From Deltaproteobacteria bacterium (lineage in GTDB: Bacteria; Bdellovibrionota_B; Oligoflexia; Oligoflexales; Bog-1112): DNA of 26,347 nt. This document shows, one piece after another, positions 16,629-25,111 of the stretch (positions are counted from its first letter, which is position 1; each line of letters starts with the position of its first letter). A program made the translations under genes and the position numbers. Below the pieces are notes generated by a model. That model did not search any database and was not told where the DNA came from. It was given only the letters and a program-made list of their open reading frames with translations. The stretch is from the NCBI GenBank assembly GCA_023250635.1, contig JAHFAI010000037.1, forward strand, positions 1 through 26,347, given 5' to 3'.

Positions 16629-17486
16629 TTGTCAAAAACCTCAATTTTCCTCGGTCTGGTCTGTGTCTTTCTCTGGGGTCTCACCTTCCCGCTTATCAAA
16701 TTTCTGATGCTAGCCGGTACTCCCCCCTTAGGGATGGTGGCGCTGCGCTTTTTCTTAGGCTTTATACTCTTTATTCCCTTTGTCCCTGCTCCCAAGAATG
16801 AGTGGCTTGGACTGGGGCTGCTTTCGCTGACGCTGTTCTCTCTGCCCCTGGCCTTGACCAACTACGCGATAGCTCATCTGGATTCGGCGATTGTGGCCTT
16901 GGCCTCTCAGCTCGAAGTTCCGTTTGCCTGGCTCTTATCGGTTATTTTCCTCAAGGAGGGAGTTACCCGTAGGCAAGGTTTGGGGCTAGTGATCAGCTTT
17001 TTGGGCATTTACCTCCTGACTATGACCAACGAGGTGGCTAGTGTTGATAATATACACGCACTTGTCCTCCTGGTCTTTGTCTCGTTTCTCTACGGTATGG
17101 CTTCGATTCAGCTGAAGTTTCTCCGTTCAAACCCGGCAACCATTACGGTGTGGTCATTTTTCTTTTCATTTCTGCTCACTGGCCTAGGAGCAGCTTTGTA
17201 TGAACCCTGGGAGGAGATCACTCGGGTATTTTCCCCCGTGAATTTTGGGATAACTGCTCTTTTAGCTGCTCTGAGTATGTTTGCTTTTTATTTGTGGACC
17301 CACTTGTTGGCAAAAAACGAGGTGAACGCCGTGGTTCCCTTTATTATGTTGGTACCGATCTCTACTCTATGTTTTGCCTACCTATTGCTCGGTGAAACCA
17401 CCGAGCTGAGCGCCCAATTGGGGGGGCTGGTTACCCTTGTTGGGGTGGCCTTGCAAACCATAGCTCCGCAGAAAAAAACGGCTTAA
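16629..17486 (+). CDS. EamA/DMT-family (drug/metabolite) transporter, 10 TM, TTG start
   Basis: Two EamA-like halves of 5 TM helices each. AAGGAAA SD 6 nt before the TTG. The first helix 'IFLGLVCVFLWGLTFPLIKFL' is needed for the fold, so the TTG start is preferred over the internal ATG. Confidence 0.8.
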   Translation: MSKTSIFLGLVCVFLWGLTFPLIKFLMLAGTPPLGMVALRFFLGFILFIPFVPAPKNEWLGLGLLSLTLFSLPLALTNYAIAHLDSAIVALASQLEVPFAWLLSVIFLKEGVTRRQGLGLVISFLGIYLLTMTNEVASVDNIHALVLLVFVSFLYGMASIQLKFLRSNPATITVWSFFFSFLLTGLGAALYEPWEEITRVFSPVNFGITALLAALSMFAFYLWTHLLAKNEVNAVVPFIMLVPISTLCFAYLLLGETTELSAQLGGLVTLVGVALQTIAPQKKTA

Positions 17487-17770
17487 TCGGCAGTTTGGGG
17501 TGCGCACTTCTCCTCGAGAGTTCTCAAGTAGCTGATAAAGCCGTCCTGGGGTAAGCAGGCTGTCAGTTTTATCGCATCGAGGGCGCGAGCAATGGCCGAG
17601 GCCTTGCTGGGGGCAATACCCGTACGGGTCATCTCATCATACTTACCATGGGCACATTGAATTTCAGCGGTTACCGAGCATTTCCACTGTTGCGGACTTG
17701 CCAGAGCCGCTGCTCCTACGCTGAGGAGGACACAGGAAACAAGGGCTGAGGTTGGGAAGGCAAACTTCAT
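17483..17770 (-). CDS. small secreted four-Cys protein of unknown function
   Basis: Strong AAGGAG SD 7 nt upstream of the ATG. Sec signal 'MKFAFPTSALVSCVLLSVGAAALA'. Four Cys in the mature ~70 aa. Confidence 0.5.
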   Translation of the reverse strand: MKFAFPTSALVSCVLLSVGAAALASPQQWKCSVTAEIQCAHGKYDEMTRTGIAPSKASAIARALDAIKLTACLPQDGFISYLRTLEEKCAPQTAD

Positions 17771-17854
17771 GTCAAATCTCCTTGGGTACCATAGAAATGG
17801 CGTTATCTTCCCAAGTGTAGGCTCATGAAAATGAGGAAGAGCTAAGGTGTTGGG

Positions 17855-18595
17855 TTAGCGCTTCAGGATGGAAAGAAAATCCACCGGAATGGGAAAGAAG
17901 GTGGTGGTTTTACCATCGCCGGCAGAGATGTCCTTCATCGTATCGAGATAGCGCAGGACGATGGCATTGGGACTGCTGTCGAGGATGTGAGCGGCTTCAG
18001 CCAAGCGCTTAGCGGCTTCGTATTCACCATCAGCCGAAATTATTTTGGCGCGTTTATCACGCTCGGCTTGGGCTTGCTTGGCCATGGCACGCTGCATTTC
18101 TATGGGCAAATCGATAGCTTTGACCTCCACCGCCGAAACTTTGATCCCCCAGGGTTCGGTTTGTTCATCGAGGATGGACTGCAGCTTGATATTAATCTGC
18201 TCGCGTTGGCTCAAAATCTGATCCAATTCGAATTGACCAATCACCGAACGAAGAGTCGTTTGGGCAATTTGCGCCGTAGCGGCAAGGTAGTTTTCCACCG
18301 CAATAATCGAACGATCAGGTACGTGGACGCGGAAATACACCACTCCATTGACCTTCAGGGTGACGTTATCTCGGGTAATAATATCTTGAGAGGGCACATC
18401 CATGGTTACGGTGCGTAGATCAACCCGCACCATCCGCTCAAGACCAGGGATCAGAATAATTAAACCGGGGCCACGGGTACCGGTAAAACGACCGAGGCGA
18501 AATATGACTGCCCGCTCAAACTCCTTGAGAATTTTGAATGAGTTCAGCAAAAATATTGCCAATAAACTAAGGGTAAATAAAAAAATAGAAAGCAT
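17855..18595 (-). CDS. SPFH/band-7 (stomatin-like) membrane protein
   Basis: '[13 protein letters not shown]...[33 protein letters not shown]' is the SPFH core. N-terminal TM. AAGGAAA SD lies 8 nt before the ATG at 18595, so the ORF-track TTG at 18601 is too close to the SD. Confidence 0.9.
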   Translation of the reverse strand: MLSIFLFTLSLLAIFLLNSFKILKEFERAVIFRLGRFTGTRGPGLIILIPGLERMVRVDLRTVTMDVPSQDIITRDNVTLKVNGVVYFRVHVPDRSIIAVENYLAATAQIAQTTLRSVIGQFELDQILSQREQINIKLQSILDEQTEPWGIKVSAVEVKAIDLPIEMQRAMAKQAQAERDKRAKIISADGEYEAAKRLAEAAHILDSSPNAIVLRYLDTMKDISAGDGKTTTFFPIPVDFLSILKR

Positions 18596-18611
18596 GGTCA
18601 ATTTCCTTGAG

Positions 18612-18971
18612 TTAAATGCGTAGACTGAGTGAATCTTCGCTCACTGCGCGTATTAGACAGCTTTGGCCTAGGGAGAAGTGTTCTGCGGAATTTGCCAACC
18701 ACAGCTCCCCGTTTATTTTAAGGTGATAACAATAATGCCCTTTATAGTCGCGCTCTAAATGTGCGACCACCACTGCGACTTTGCCGACCAGGGAATAATA
18801 GTTAGCTGGTGGTGGGTGTTGCCGGCCATCGTAATAAGAAAAAATACCCACGCCCGTAGCAATTAATAGGAGAACGAGCAGTAAAGCCACGCTGAAAAGA
18901 TCACTCGAGATCATCGCCGGTAATTCCCCACTCCATATAAAAAAAGAACTGGTCAAAGCTATATCGTTCAT
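18612..18971 (-). CDS. NfeD-family membrane protein (short form, OB-fold), partner of the SPFH protein
   Basis: 2 N-terminal TM helices plus a C-terminal beta-rich domain. Located 10 nt upstream of the SPFH gene on the same strand, the classic nfeD-stomatin pair. Confidence 0.75.
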   Translation of the reverse strand: MNDIALTSSFFIWSGELPAMISSDLFSVALLLVLLLIATGVGIFSYYDGRQHPPPANYYSLVGKVAVVVAHLERDYKGHYCYHLKINGELWLANSAEHFSLGQSCLIRAVSEDSLSLRI

Positions 18972-19059
18972 CGGCTGTTCAACTTAATCCTTTTATTACT
19001 GTTATCATGCTAAGTTTTTTTCCTCAGCTTCCACACAAGACCCGCGAGGAGGAAACCCT

Positions 19060-20736
19060 ATGAAATTTCGCTGGAAAGCCCTTGCTTTAGCCTGGTGGTC
19101 GGTAGCCAGCTGCTTTGCCCAGTCGAGCAGCAGTGAGGTTTTTCCCCTGGGAGTAGCCTCGGGGGATCCCAGCGCTGAGGGCTTTGTGCTGATGACCCAT
19201 CTCAGTCGCAAAGCTTTTGATCCCCAGCTTAGTGAAGCTTATCTGGAAATTGCTCCACAACAGAATTTTACCACGGTACTTGTTTCATTTCCCCTAGAAA
19301 TAAGCACTCTCCTCCTTGAGGCGACGGCCGAGAGTATGGAGATTCCCCTTAAATTTAGGGTGGAGGATACTGCCGCAGTACAGGCGGGAACCACCTACTA
19401 CTACCGCTTTCGTTATCAAAATTATCTCAGCCCCATTGGTCGGGCGCGCAGTTTACCCGAGGCAAAGGCCAAGCTCGATAGATTACGGCTGGGGGTGGTG
19501 ACCTGCCAAGATTACACCACCGGTAACTACCATAGTTTACAATATCTGGCAGATGAGAAGGTTGATTTTATCGTCCACCTCGGTGATGTGGTGTACGAAT
19601 ACAGTCGTTATCCGGGGATGAAGGATAGGGATATTATTCGCACCATGGAATTTCCCAATGGCGTTATTGGGCAAAAGCCTGAGCAGGGGCTGTTGAAGGC
19701 TACAACTCTGGCAGATTATCGCGCGATCTATCGTAGGGTCCGTCTTGATCCGGCAATGCAGCGAGTAATGCAAAACCATACCTGGATCTACACTCGTGAT
19801 GATCACGAAACCGCCGATGATAGTTTCTGGGATTATAGCGATGATGCTCCCGGATTTCCCGAGCACGATGTGCGGCGCAGCTGGGCGCCCGGAGAACGGC
19901 GAGCCGTAAAACTCAATGCACTGCGGGCGTGGAGCGAGTTTATTCCCATGGGGCGGGTGCTCAACAGCCATTCCAATATTAAGGATGTGGCTGAGAGTAT
20001 GTATAAAACCTACCACCTAGGCGGGCTGATGGATCTGCTCAGTATTTCCACTCGTGATTTTCGCAGTGACCCCAGGGAGAAGCACGGGGTGCGGACCATG
20101 TTAGGTACGCAACAAAAAAAATGGCTTGCACATGAAATTTCCCAGTCGCAGGCCAGCTGGCAAATTATTGCCAACCAAATTATGTTTTCACCCTTAAAAA
20201 TTGGCTTTGGCCAACATCTGGCAATGAGTCTTAATAAAGACGCGTGGGATGGCTATGCTGATGAACGCAACGAGATTATCGATGCCTTGGCCACTCGTCC
20301 GCAGGTAGCAATTTTTACTGGCGATATGCACTCCAGCTTGGTGAGTTATCTTAAGAGCGACTATACTCGTCCCAGTGGTAAGGAACGAGAAAATATTATC
20401 GGGGCTGAATTTATGACCCCCTCGCTTACCTCGCCCCATATGGGTGATAATCTTCGCGCCCGTTTTGGCTTTAGTGGTTTTACTCCGGTGGTACGCATGG
20501 TGCTCGAAGCCTTTAATCCCCATATTAAGCATTTGCATGGCTCGATCTATGGTTACGCCATAGCTGAAATTACCCCGGAGCATCTCGACTGGTATGTGTA
20601 TAAGATTGGCAAAAAAGATGAGATTTTTAAGCATCTACGCAAACACCTGACCTATACCCCTGCCACCCGCAAAATCGTCAGCAATGAAGAAACCCCCGAG
20701 GAGGAGGCTCATGGGCACCCCCGTACTGATCAATAA
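19060..20736 (+). CDS. PhoD-family alkaline phosphatase/phosphodiesterase, secreted
   Basis: 'FPLGVASGDP' PhoD N-terminal motif. Metallophosphatase 'VHLGDVVYE' and 'GDMHSS'. Sec signal peptide. GAGGAGG SD 7 nt upstream. Confidence 0.85.
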   Translation: MKFRWKALALAWWSVASCFAQSSSSEVFPLGVASGDPSAEGFVLMTHLSRKAFDPQLSEAYLEIAPQQNFTTVLVSFPLEISTLLLEATAESMEIPLKFRVEDTAAVQAGTTYYYRFRYQNYLSPIGRARSLPEAKAKLDRLRLGVVTCQDYTTGNYHSLQYLADEKVDFIVHLGDVVYEYSRYPGMKDRDIIRTMEFPNGVIGQKPEQGLLKATTLADYRAIYRRVRLDPAMQRVMQNHTWIYTRDDHETADDSFWDYSDDAPGFPEHDVRRSWAPGERRAVKLNALRAWSEFIPMGRVLNSHSNIKDVAESMYKTYHLGGLMDLLSISTRDFRSDPREKHGVRTMLGTQQKKWLAHEISQSQASWQIIANQIMFSPLKIGFGQHLAMSLNKDAWDGYADERNEIIDALATRPQVAIFTGDMHSSLVSYLKSDYTRPSGKERENIIGAEFMTPSLTSPHMGDNLRARFGFSGFTPVVRMVLEAFNPHIKHLHGSIYGYAIAEITPEHLDWYVYKIGKKDEIFKHLRKHLTYTPATRKIVSNEETPEEEAHGHPRTDQ

Positions 20737-21502
20737 AACTGCTCTGCTGGGAGGAGCCTCTCAGGGAATCGGCCGGGCAATCGCTTTTGAGTTGGCCGGG
20801 CAAGGTGCAAACATCATCGCACTTGCCCGCACTCCGGCTTCTTTGACCCGGCTAGTGGAAGAGCTTCCCTGCGTGGGAGGAAGCCAGCAGCATCAAGGTA
20901 TCGCCGTAGATCTGGGAAAGGTGGAGACACTGGAAGCGGCGCTGAGCGGCGTGCTGAGTCAGGGTGGTATCGATATGCTGGTTATTAACAGTGGAGGGCC
21001 TCCCGGTGGGGCCCTGCTCGCTGCTTCTGCGGCTGCGTATGGAGAGGCCTTCGCTCACCATCTTTTTGCGGCGATTAAGTTGGTTGCACTCTGTGTTCCC
21101 GGTATGCAGGAACGGGGCTGGGGACGAATTCTCGGTGTGATCTCCACCTCGGTAAAGTCCCCCCTGCCTGGTCTCGGTGTTTCAAACACCGTGCGTGGGG
21201 CCATGGCTAATTGGCTCAAAACCCTTTCCTATGAGTTAGCTGGCGGGGGAATAACCGTTAATGCGCTGCTGCCCGGATTTACGGCAACGGCCCGTCTCCA
21301 TCAGCTTATGGAGATAGAGGCAGAACGTCGTCAGGTAAGCACGGAGCAGCTGCGCCAGGAATGGCAGGCCACGGTGCCGTGCGGGCGTTTTGGACGACCC
21401 GAGGAAATCGCTGCTGCGGCAGGTTTTTTGCTGAGTCCCCAGGCAGCGTATATCAACGGGGTGTGTCTTGCGGTTGATGGGGGAAGGACCCGCGTACTAT
21501 GA
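20711..21502 (+). CDS. SDR-family (short-chain dehydrogenase/reductase fold) protein with an atypical active-site region
   Basis: 'LLGGASQGIGRAIA' (TGxxxGIG), 'NSGG' (NNAG) and 'ITVNALLPGF'. GAGGAGG SD 3 nt before the ATG at 20711. At the YxxxK position the sequence reads S-N-T-V-R. Confidence 0.85.
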   Translation: MGTPVLINKTALLGGASQGIGRAIAFELAGQGANIIALARTPASLTRLVEELPCVGGSQQHQGIAVDLGKVETLEAALSGVLSQGGIDMLVINSGGPPGGALLAASAAAYGEAFAHHLFAAIKLVALCVPGMQERGWGRILGVISTSVKSPLPGLGVSNTVRGAMANWLKTLSYELAGGGITVNALLPGFTATARLHQLMEIEAERRQVSTEQLRQEWQATVPCGRFGRPEEIAAAAGFLLSPQAAYINGVCLAVDGGRTRVL

Positions 21503-22734
21503 AATTTGATATTTTTCTCTCCCTCTGCCAAGCCGAGGTCGAGGGGGTGATTCCCACTGAACGGCTTATGTACGAGAATTTTTTTTCCCAGGTCCAGCTC
21601 GCCGATGCCTTAGGTTTCGAAGTGGCTTGGGTGGGAGAAGGCCATTTTTCTTCCACGGTGCAAAAGCAAAATCCCGAGCCGGTCATCCCTTTTTTTAGCG
21701 GTGAAGTAGCGCTTAACTGTGATGTCTTGCATGTAGCCCCGCGAATTTTTCGCCTGACCAGGCGTATAGGGGTGGGCTCGGCCATTCGTAATATTCTCTG
21801 CAACGGCGGGCCCCTTGCCCATGCTGAACAACTCAAGATGTTTCTGAGCATTCACGGTCTCGACCACGAGGAGACGCGCAAAATCCATCTGGGCTTTGCC
21901 TCAGGGCGTTTTGCCTATGCTAATCGTCCCTACGGAATTTCGCCGCGCAATCCCACGGAAAATTTGGCCTGGCCGGAGTTAAAAGCAAAGCTCTTTATTG
22001 CTGCCACCGAAGTTTTTTACCGAGCTCTTGGTCGTGAGCCCTTTGCCACGAGTGATCTCGCTCCACTTTGCCTGGGGCCTGAGGATTTTGGGGATGGTGA
22101 GCGTTGGCAGCTGGTTCAGGCAAGTTATGGTCGTGAGCATCCCCAAGGCGAGGCTGGTGAGCAGCTGTATTTTCCTCATTTTTGGCAATTCGAGCGGCTC
22201 GCTGTGCTCCCCTTCGATGCGCCGCTTGCTCTCCTCGACTTGACGGTGGGGAGTTACGATCCTCGGGTGCAGGAGCTGGCCAATGGTTTTTTTCCCACCA
22301 AGGTATTTAATCTCTCCTATACACCTCAAGCCACCATCGAAGCCACTCATCGTCGCTTGCAAGCCTGCTTTCATCCGCAAGGAGGCCCGTGGCGCCGAGA
22401 CTATTTGCCGCGTACCTCGCTGATTTTTATCGATGCTTCACCGCAGCTTTCTCCTGCCCAGCAAAACGCTCGGGCGAAAGAGCGGGCCAGTAAGACCCTG
22501 GAAACTTACTGGCGGGCTATGCAGGGAACCGTATCGGCTGGCAAAATTGCCGAAGAACTCAGCAATGCCCTGTGGGGTAATCCCGAGCAGATTGTGGAAC
22601 AAATCCACGGGCGTTTTCATAAAGACGATCGCCTGCTGTGCTGGTTTGATTTTTGCTGCCATGATAACGCCCAGGTGAGGCAGCAGATGCAATGGTTTAT
22701 GGAGAAAGTAGCACCGCAATGCATGTACCTCTAG
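21499..22734 (+). CDS. LLM-class (luciferase-like) flavin-dependent monooxygenase/oxidoreductase
   Basis: 'MKFDIFLSL...LADALGFEVAWVGEGHF' is the typical LLM N-terminus. TIM-barrel-size 411 aa. ATGA start/stop overlap with the upstream SDR gene. Confidence 0.8.
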   Translation: MKFDIFLSLCQAEVEGVIPTERLMYENFFSQVQLADALGFEVAWVGEGHFSSTVQKQNPEPVIPFFSGEVALNCDVLHVAPRIFRLTRRIGVGSAIRNILCNGGPLAHAEQLKMFLSIHGLDHEETRKIHLGFASGRFAYANRPYGISPRNPTENLAWPELKAKLFIAATEVFYRALGREPFATSDLAPLCLGPEDFGDGERWQLVQASYGREHPQGEAGEQLYFPHFWQFERLAVLPFDAPLALLDLTVGSYDPRVQELANGFFPTKVFNLSYTPQATIEATHRRLQACFHPQGGPWRRDYLPRTSLIFIDASPQLSPAQQNARAKERASKTLETYWRAMQGTVSAGKIAEELSNALWGNPEQIVEQIHGRFHKDDRLLCWFDFCCHDNAQVRQQMQWFMEKVAPQCMYL

Positions 22735-23636
22735 CTTTTTCCTGGAGGGGGACCCTGCCGGAAATAACCTGCTACGGAGCCTTAGCCTGGGTGCGCGGGA
22801 GCAAGCTCTGGCATCAACGGGGGGCTGGCGATCAGCCTTATTTTCTCCGTTCCCTGGCAAAACCTCTGCAGCTTCGTTGTTGGGCTGGGGAGCTCGAGGC
22901 ATTCCTGACGCCTCAGCAGCAGGTGCTTGCAGTATCCTCTCATAATGGCGAAGCTCAGCATCTAGCCGTGGCCCAGTCCATGCTCGCCGCAGACGAAGCG
23001 CATTGGCTGCAAACGCCAGCCTGTGGGCCGCTCTCGGGGGCTGCTGTGCGGGAAACATCGTGGCATCATCCCTGCTCAGGAAATCACGCGGGGGTGTTGC
23101 GTTTGTGCAAGCAGCGGGGCTGGGATTTGGCGAGTTATCGTGAGGAACAGCATCCCTTTCATCAGCAGAGTCTCGCTGCTTTAGCTGCAGGCGCTGGCGC
23201 CTTTGGGGGAATAAAGGCCCTGGCTACTGATGGCTGTGGTTTTTCCACCCCGGCGTTTACCCTTGGGGCGATGGCAGCATTATATGCCGATTTTGCCGCC
23301 CGCCGCGATGAAAATGGGCTGTGGGGTAATTGCGGTAAGTTTCCCTCTTTGCTGGGGGGAACGGGACGTCTTGATAGCCAGATTATTCGCGCTGGACGGG
23401 GGGAAGTATTCGCCAAAGAGGGGGCGGATGGTTTGCTGGCATTAGCAGTTAATTCACGGCGTTTCCCTGAGGGAATAGGGGTGGTGATTAAACTCGCTCA
23501 TGGTCGGGATGTGAGCTGTATGGAAGCTCTGGCGCGCACGATCCTCTCGGCCCTCGGTTATCATCAGGGAGAAAAATCCGAGGGGCTTGGGCCTAACTTT
23601 ACCGTTGTCTCGGCGATTGTGCCGGAATCTTTGTAA
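22719..23636 (+). CDS. asparaginase-II-family (Rhizobium-type L-asparaginase-like) amidohydrolase
   Basis: 'PLAFSWRGTLPEI...' and 'LRSLAKPLQ' resemble the Asparaginase_II family (PF06089) motifs. GGAG 10 nt before the ATG at 22719. The longest ORF starts at 22692. Confidence 0.7.
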   Translation: MHVPLAFSWRGTLPEITCYGALAWVRGSKLWHQRGAGDQPYFLRSLAKPLQLRCWAGELEAFLTPQQQVLAVSSHNGEAQHLAVAQSMLAADEAHWLQTPACGPLSGAAVRETSWHHPCSGNHAGVLRLCKQRGWDLASYREEQHPFHQQSLAALAAGAGAFGGIKALATDGCGFSTPAFTLGAMAALYADFAARRDENGLWGNCGKFPSLLGGTGRLDSQIIRAGRGEVFAKEGADGLLALAVNSRRFPEGIGVVIKLAHGRDVSCMEALARTILSALGYHQGEKSEGLGPNFTVVSAIVPESL

Positions 23637-23647
23637 GGCTGATTTCC

Positions 23648-25090
23648 ATGGAAAAACTAAGCAATTTCATCGCTGGAAACTACCGAGCTCCCCAGGGGGA
23701 ACGCTATCTGCCGCTCTACCAACCAGCTACCGGTCAGATTTATGGGCAGGTGCCAGATTCTTCATCGGCAGATATGGATTGTGCCATTGCTGCTGCCCAG
23801 GCAGCGCTTCCCGCTTGGCGTAAAACCACGGTGCTTGAGCGAGCAGCAATCTTGAGAAAAATCGCAACGAAAATCCGTGAGCAACTCGAACCTTTGGCTG
23901 CGGCTGAGTCCCGCGATCAGGGCAAGCCACGGTGGTTGGCACGGAGTGTGGATATTCCGCGAGCAGCAGCCAATTTTGAGTTTTTTGCCAGCGCTCTTGA
24001 GCAGAACCAAGAGCACTGCTCTCAGGATGGAGTGGGCCAGCCTCTGCATTACACCTCGCGTCAAGGGGTGGGAGTGTGTGGCCTTATTGTGCCGTGGAAT
24101 CTGCCTCTGTATTTACTTACCTGGAAGATCGCCCCAGCCTTGGCCATGGGGAATACGGTGGTGGCCAAACCCTCGGAATTGACCCCGCTGACGGCCTCTT
24201 TATTTGCAGCTATTTGCGCCGAAGTGGGGGTGCCAGCGGGGGTGGTTAATCTGGTTTTTGGCACCGGCACCGGCGTCGGAGCCTATTTGGTTGCCCACCC
24301 GCAGGTGCCGCTTATTTCCTTCACCGGGAGCACGGCTACTGGGGTTGCTATTGTGCAGGCCTCAGCCGCCGCAGTGAAAAAAGTAAGCTTGGAACTGGGG
24401 GGGAAAAATCCGGCACTTATTTTTGCCGATGCTCCCTGGGAAAAAATGCTGAGCATGTGTCTGCGCTCGAGCTTTCTTAATCAAGGGGAGATCTGTCTTT
24501 CGACCTCACGAATTTTCGTTGAAGAAGCAGTTTACCCACGTTTTGTCGCAGAATTTGTGGCTCGAGCTCAAGCCTTGATCGTCGGTGACCCCCAAGCAGC
24601 GGAGACTTTTATTGGCCCTCTGGTAAGCCGGGAACATTGCGCCAAAGTGCTTGCCTATATTGAGATGGCGAGAAAATGGCAGGGTACCATTCGCTGTGGC
24701 GGTGGAGCACCAAGGCTCCCTATAGCTTTGGCGGATGGCTACTATTGCGCACCTACGGTGATTACCGATCTGCCCGGCGACTGTCCGCTGCTTCATGAAG
24801 AAATTTTTGGTCCGGTGGTGACGATCAGCTCCTTTCGCGATGAAGAGGAGGTGTTAGGGTACGCTAATAGCAGCCCCTATGGCTTAGCTGCTTGCCTGTG
24901 GACCAGTGATCTCGATCGCGCCCGGAGGATCAGCGAGGAATTAGCGGTGGGTATGGTGTGGGTGAACACCTGGATGGCTAGGGATTTACGCACGCCCTTT
25001 GGGGGGATGAAGGCTTCTGGTTTAGGGCGGGAAGGAGGGAAATACTCCCTGGAGTTTTATTCGGAGACAAAAAATATTTGCTTGGGATAG
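23648..25090 (+). CDS. NAD(P)+-dependent aldehyde dehydrogenase (semialdehyde-dehydrogenase-like)
   Basis: 'ELGGKNP' (catalytic Glu), 'FLNQGEICLSTSR' (catalytic Cys), 'GTGTGVG' and 'EEIFGPV'. Confidence 0.92.
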   Translation: MEKLSNFIAGNYRAPQGERYLPLYQPATGQIYGQVPDSSSADMDCAIAAAQAALPAWRKTTVLERAAILRKIATKIREQLEPLAAAESRDQGKPRWLARSVDIPRAAANFEFFASALEQNQEHCSQDGVGQPLHYTSRQGVGVCGLIVPWNLPLYLLTWKIAPALAMGNTVVAKPSELTPLTASLFAAICAEVGVPAGVVNLVFGTGTGVGAYLVAHPQVPLISFTGSTATGVAIVQASAAAVKKVSLELGGKNPALIFADAPWEKMLSMCLRSSFLNQGEICLSTSRIFVEEAVYPRFVAEFVARAQALIVGDPQAAETFIGPLVSREHCAKVLAYIEMARKWQGTIRCGGGAPRLPIALADGYYCAPTVITDLPGDCPLLHEEIFGPVVTISSFRDEEEVLGYANSSPYGLAACLWTSDLDRARRISEELAVGMVWVNTWMARDLRTPFGGMKASGLGREGGKYSLEFYSETKNICLG

Positions 25091-25111
25091 GCTTCGTGCT
25101 ACCGTGATCTT

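Noticed and set aside
21979-22380. 133-aa minus-strand ORF inside the LLM gene
   Set aside because: Antisense to a gene with clear family motifs, with no RBS.
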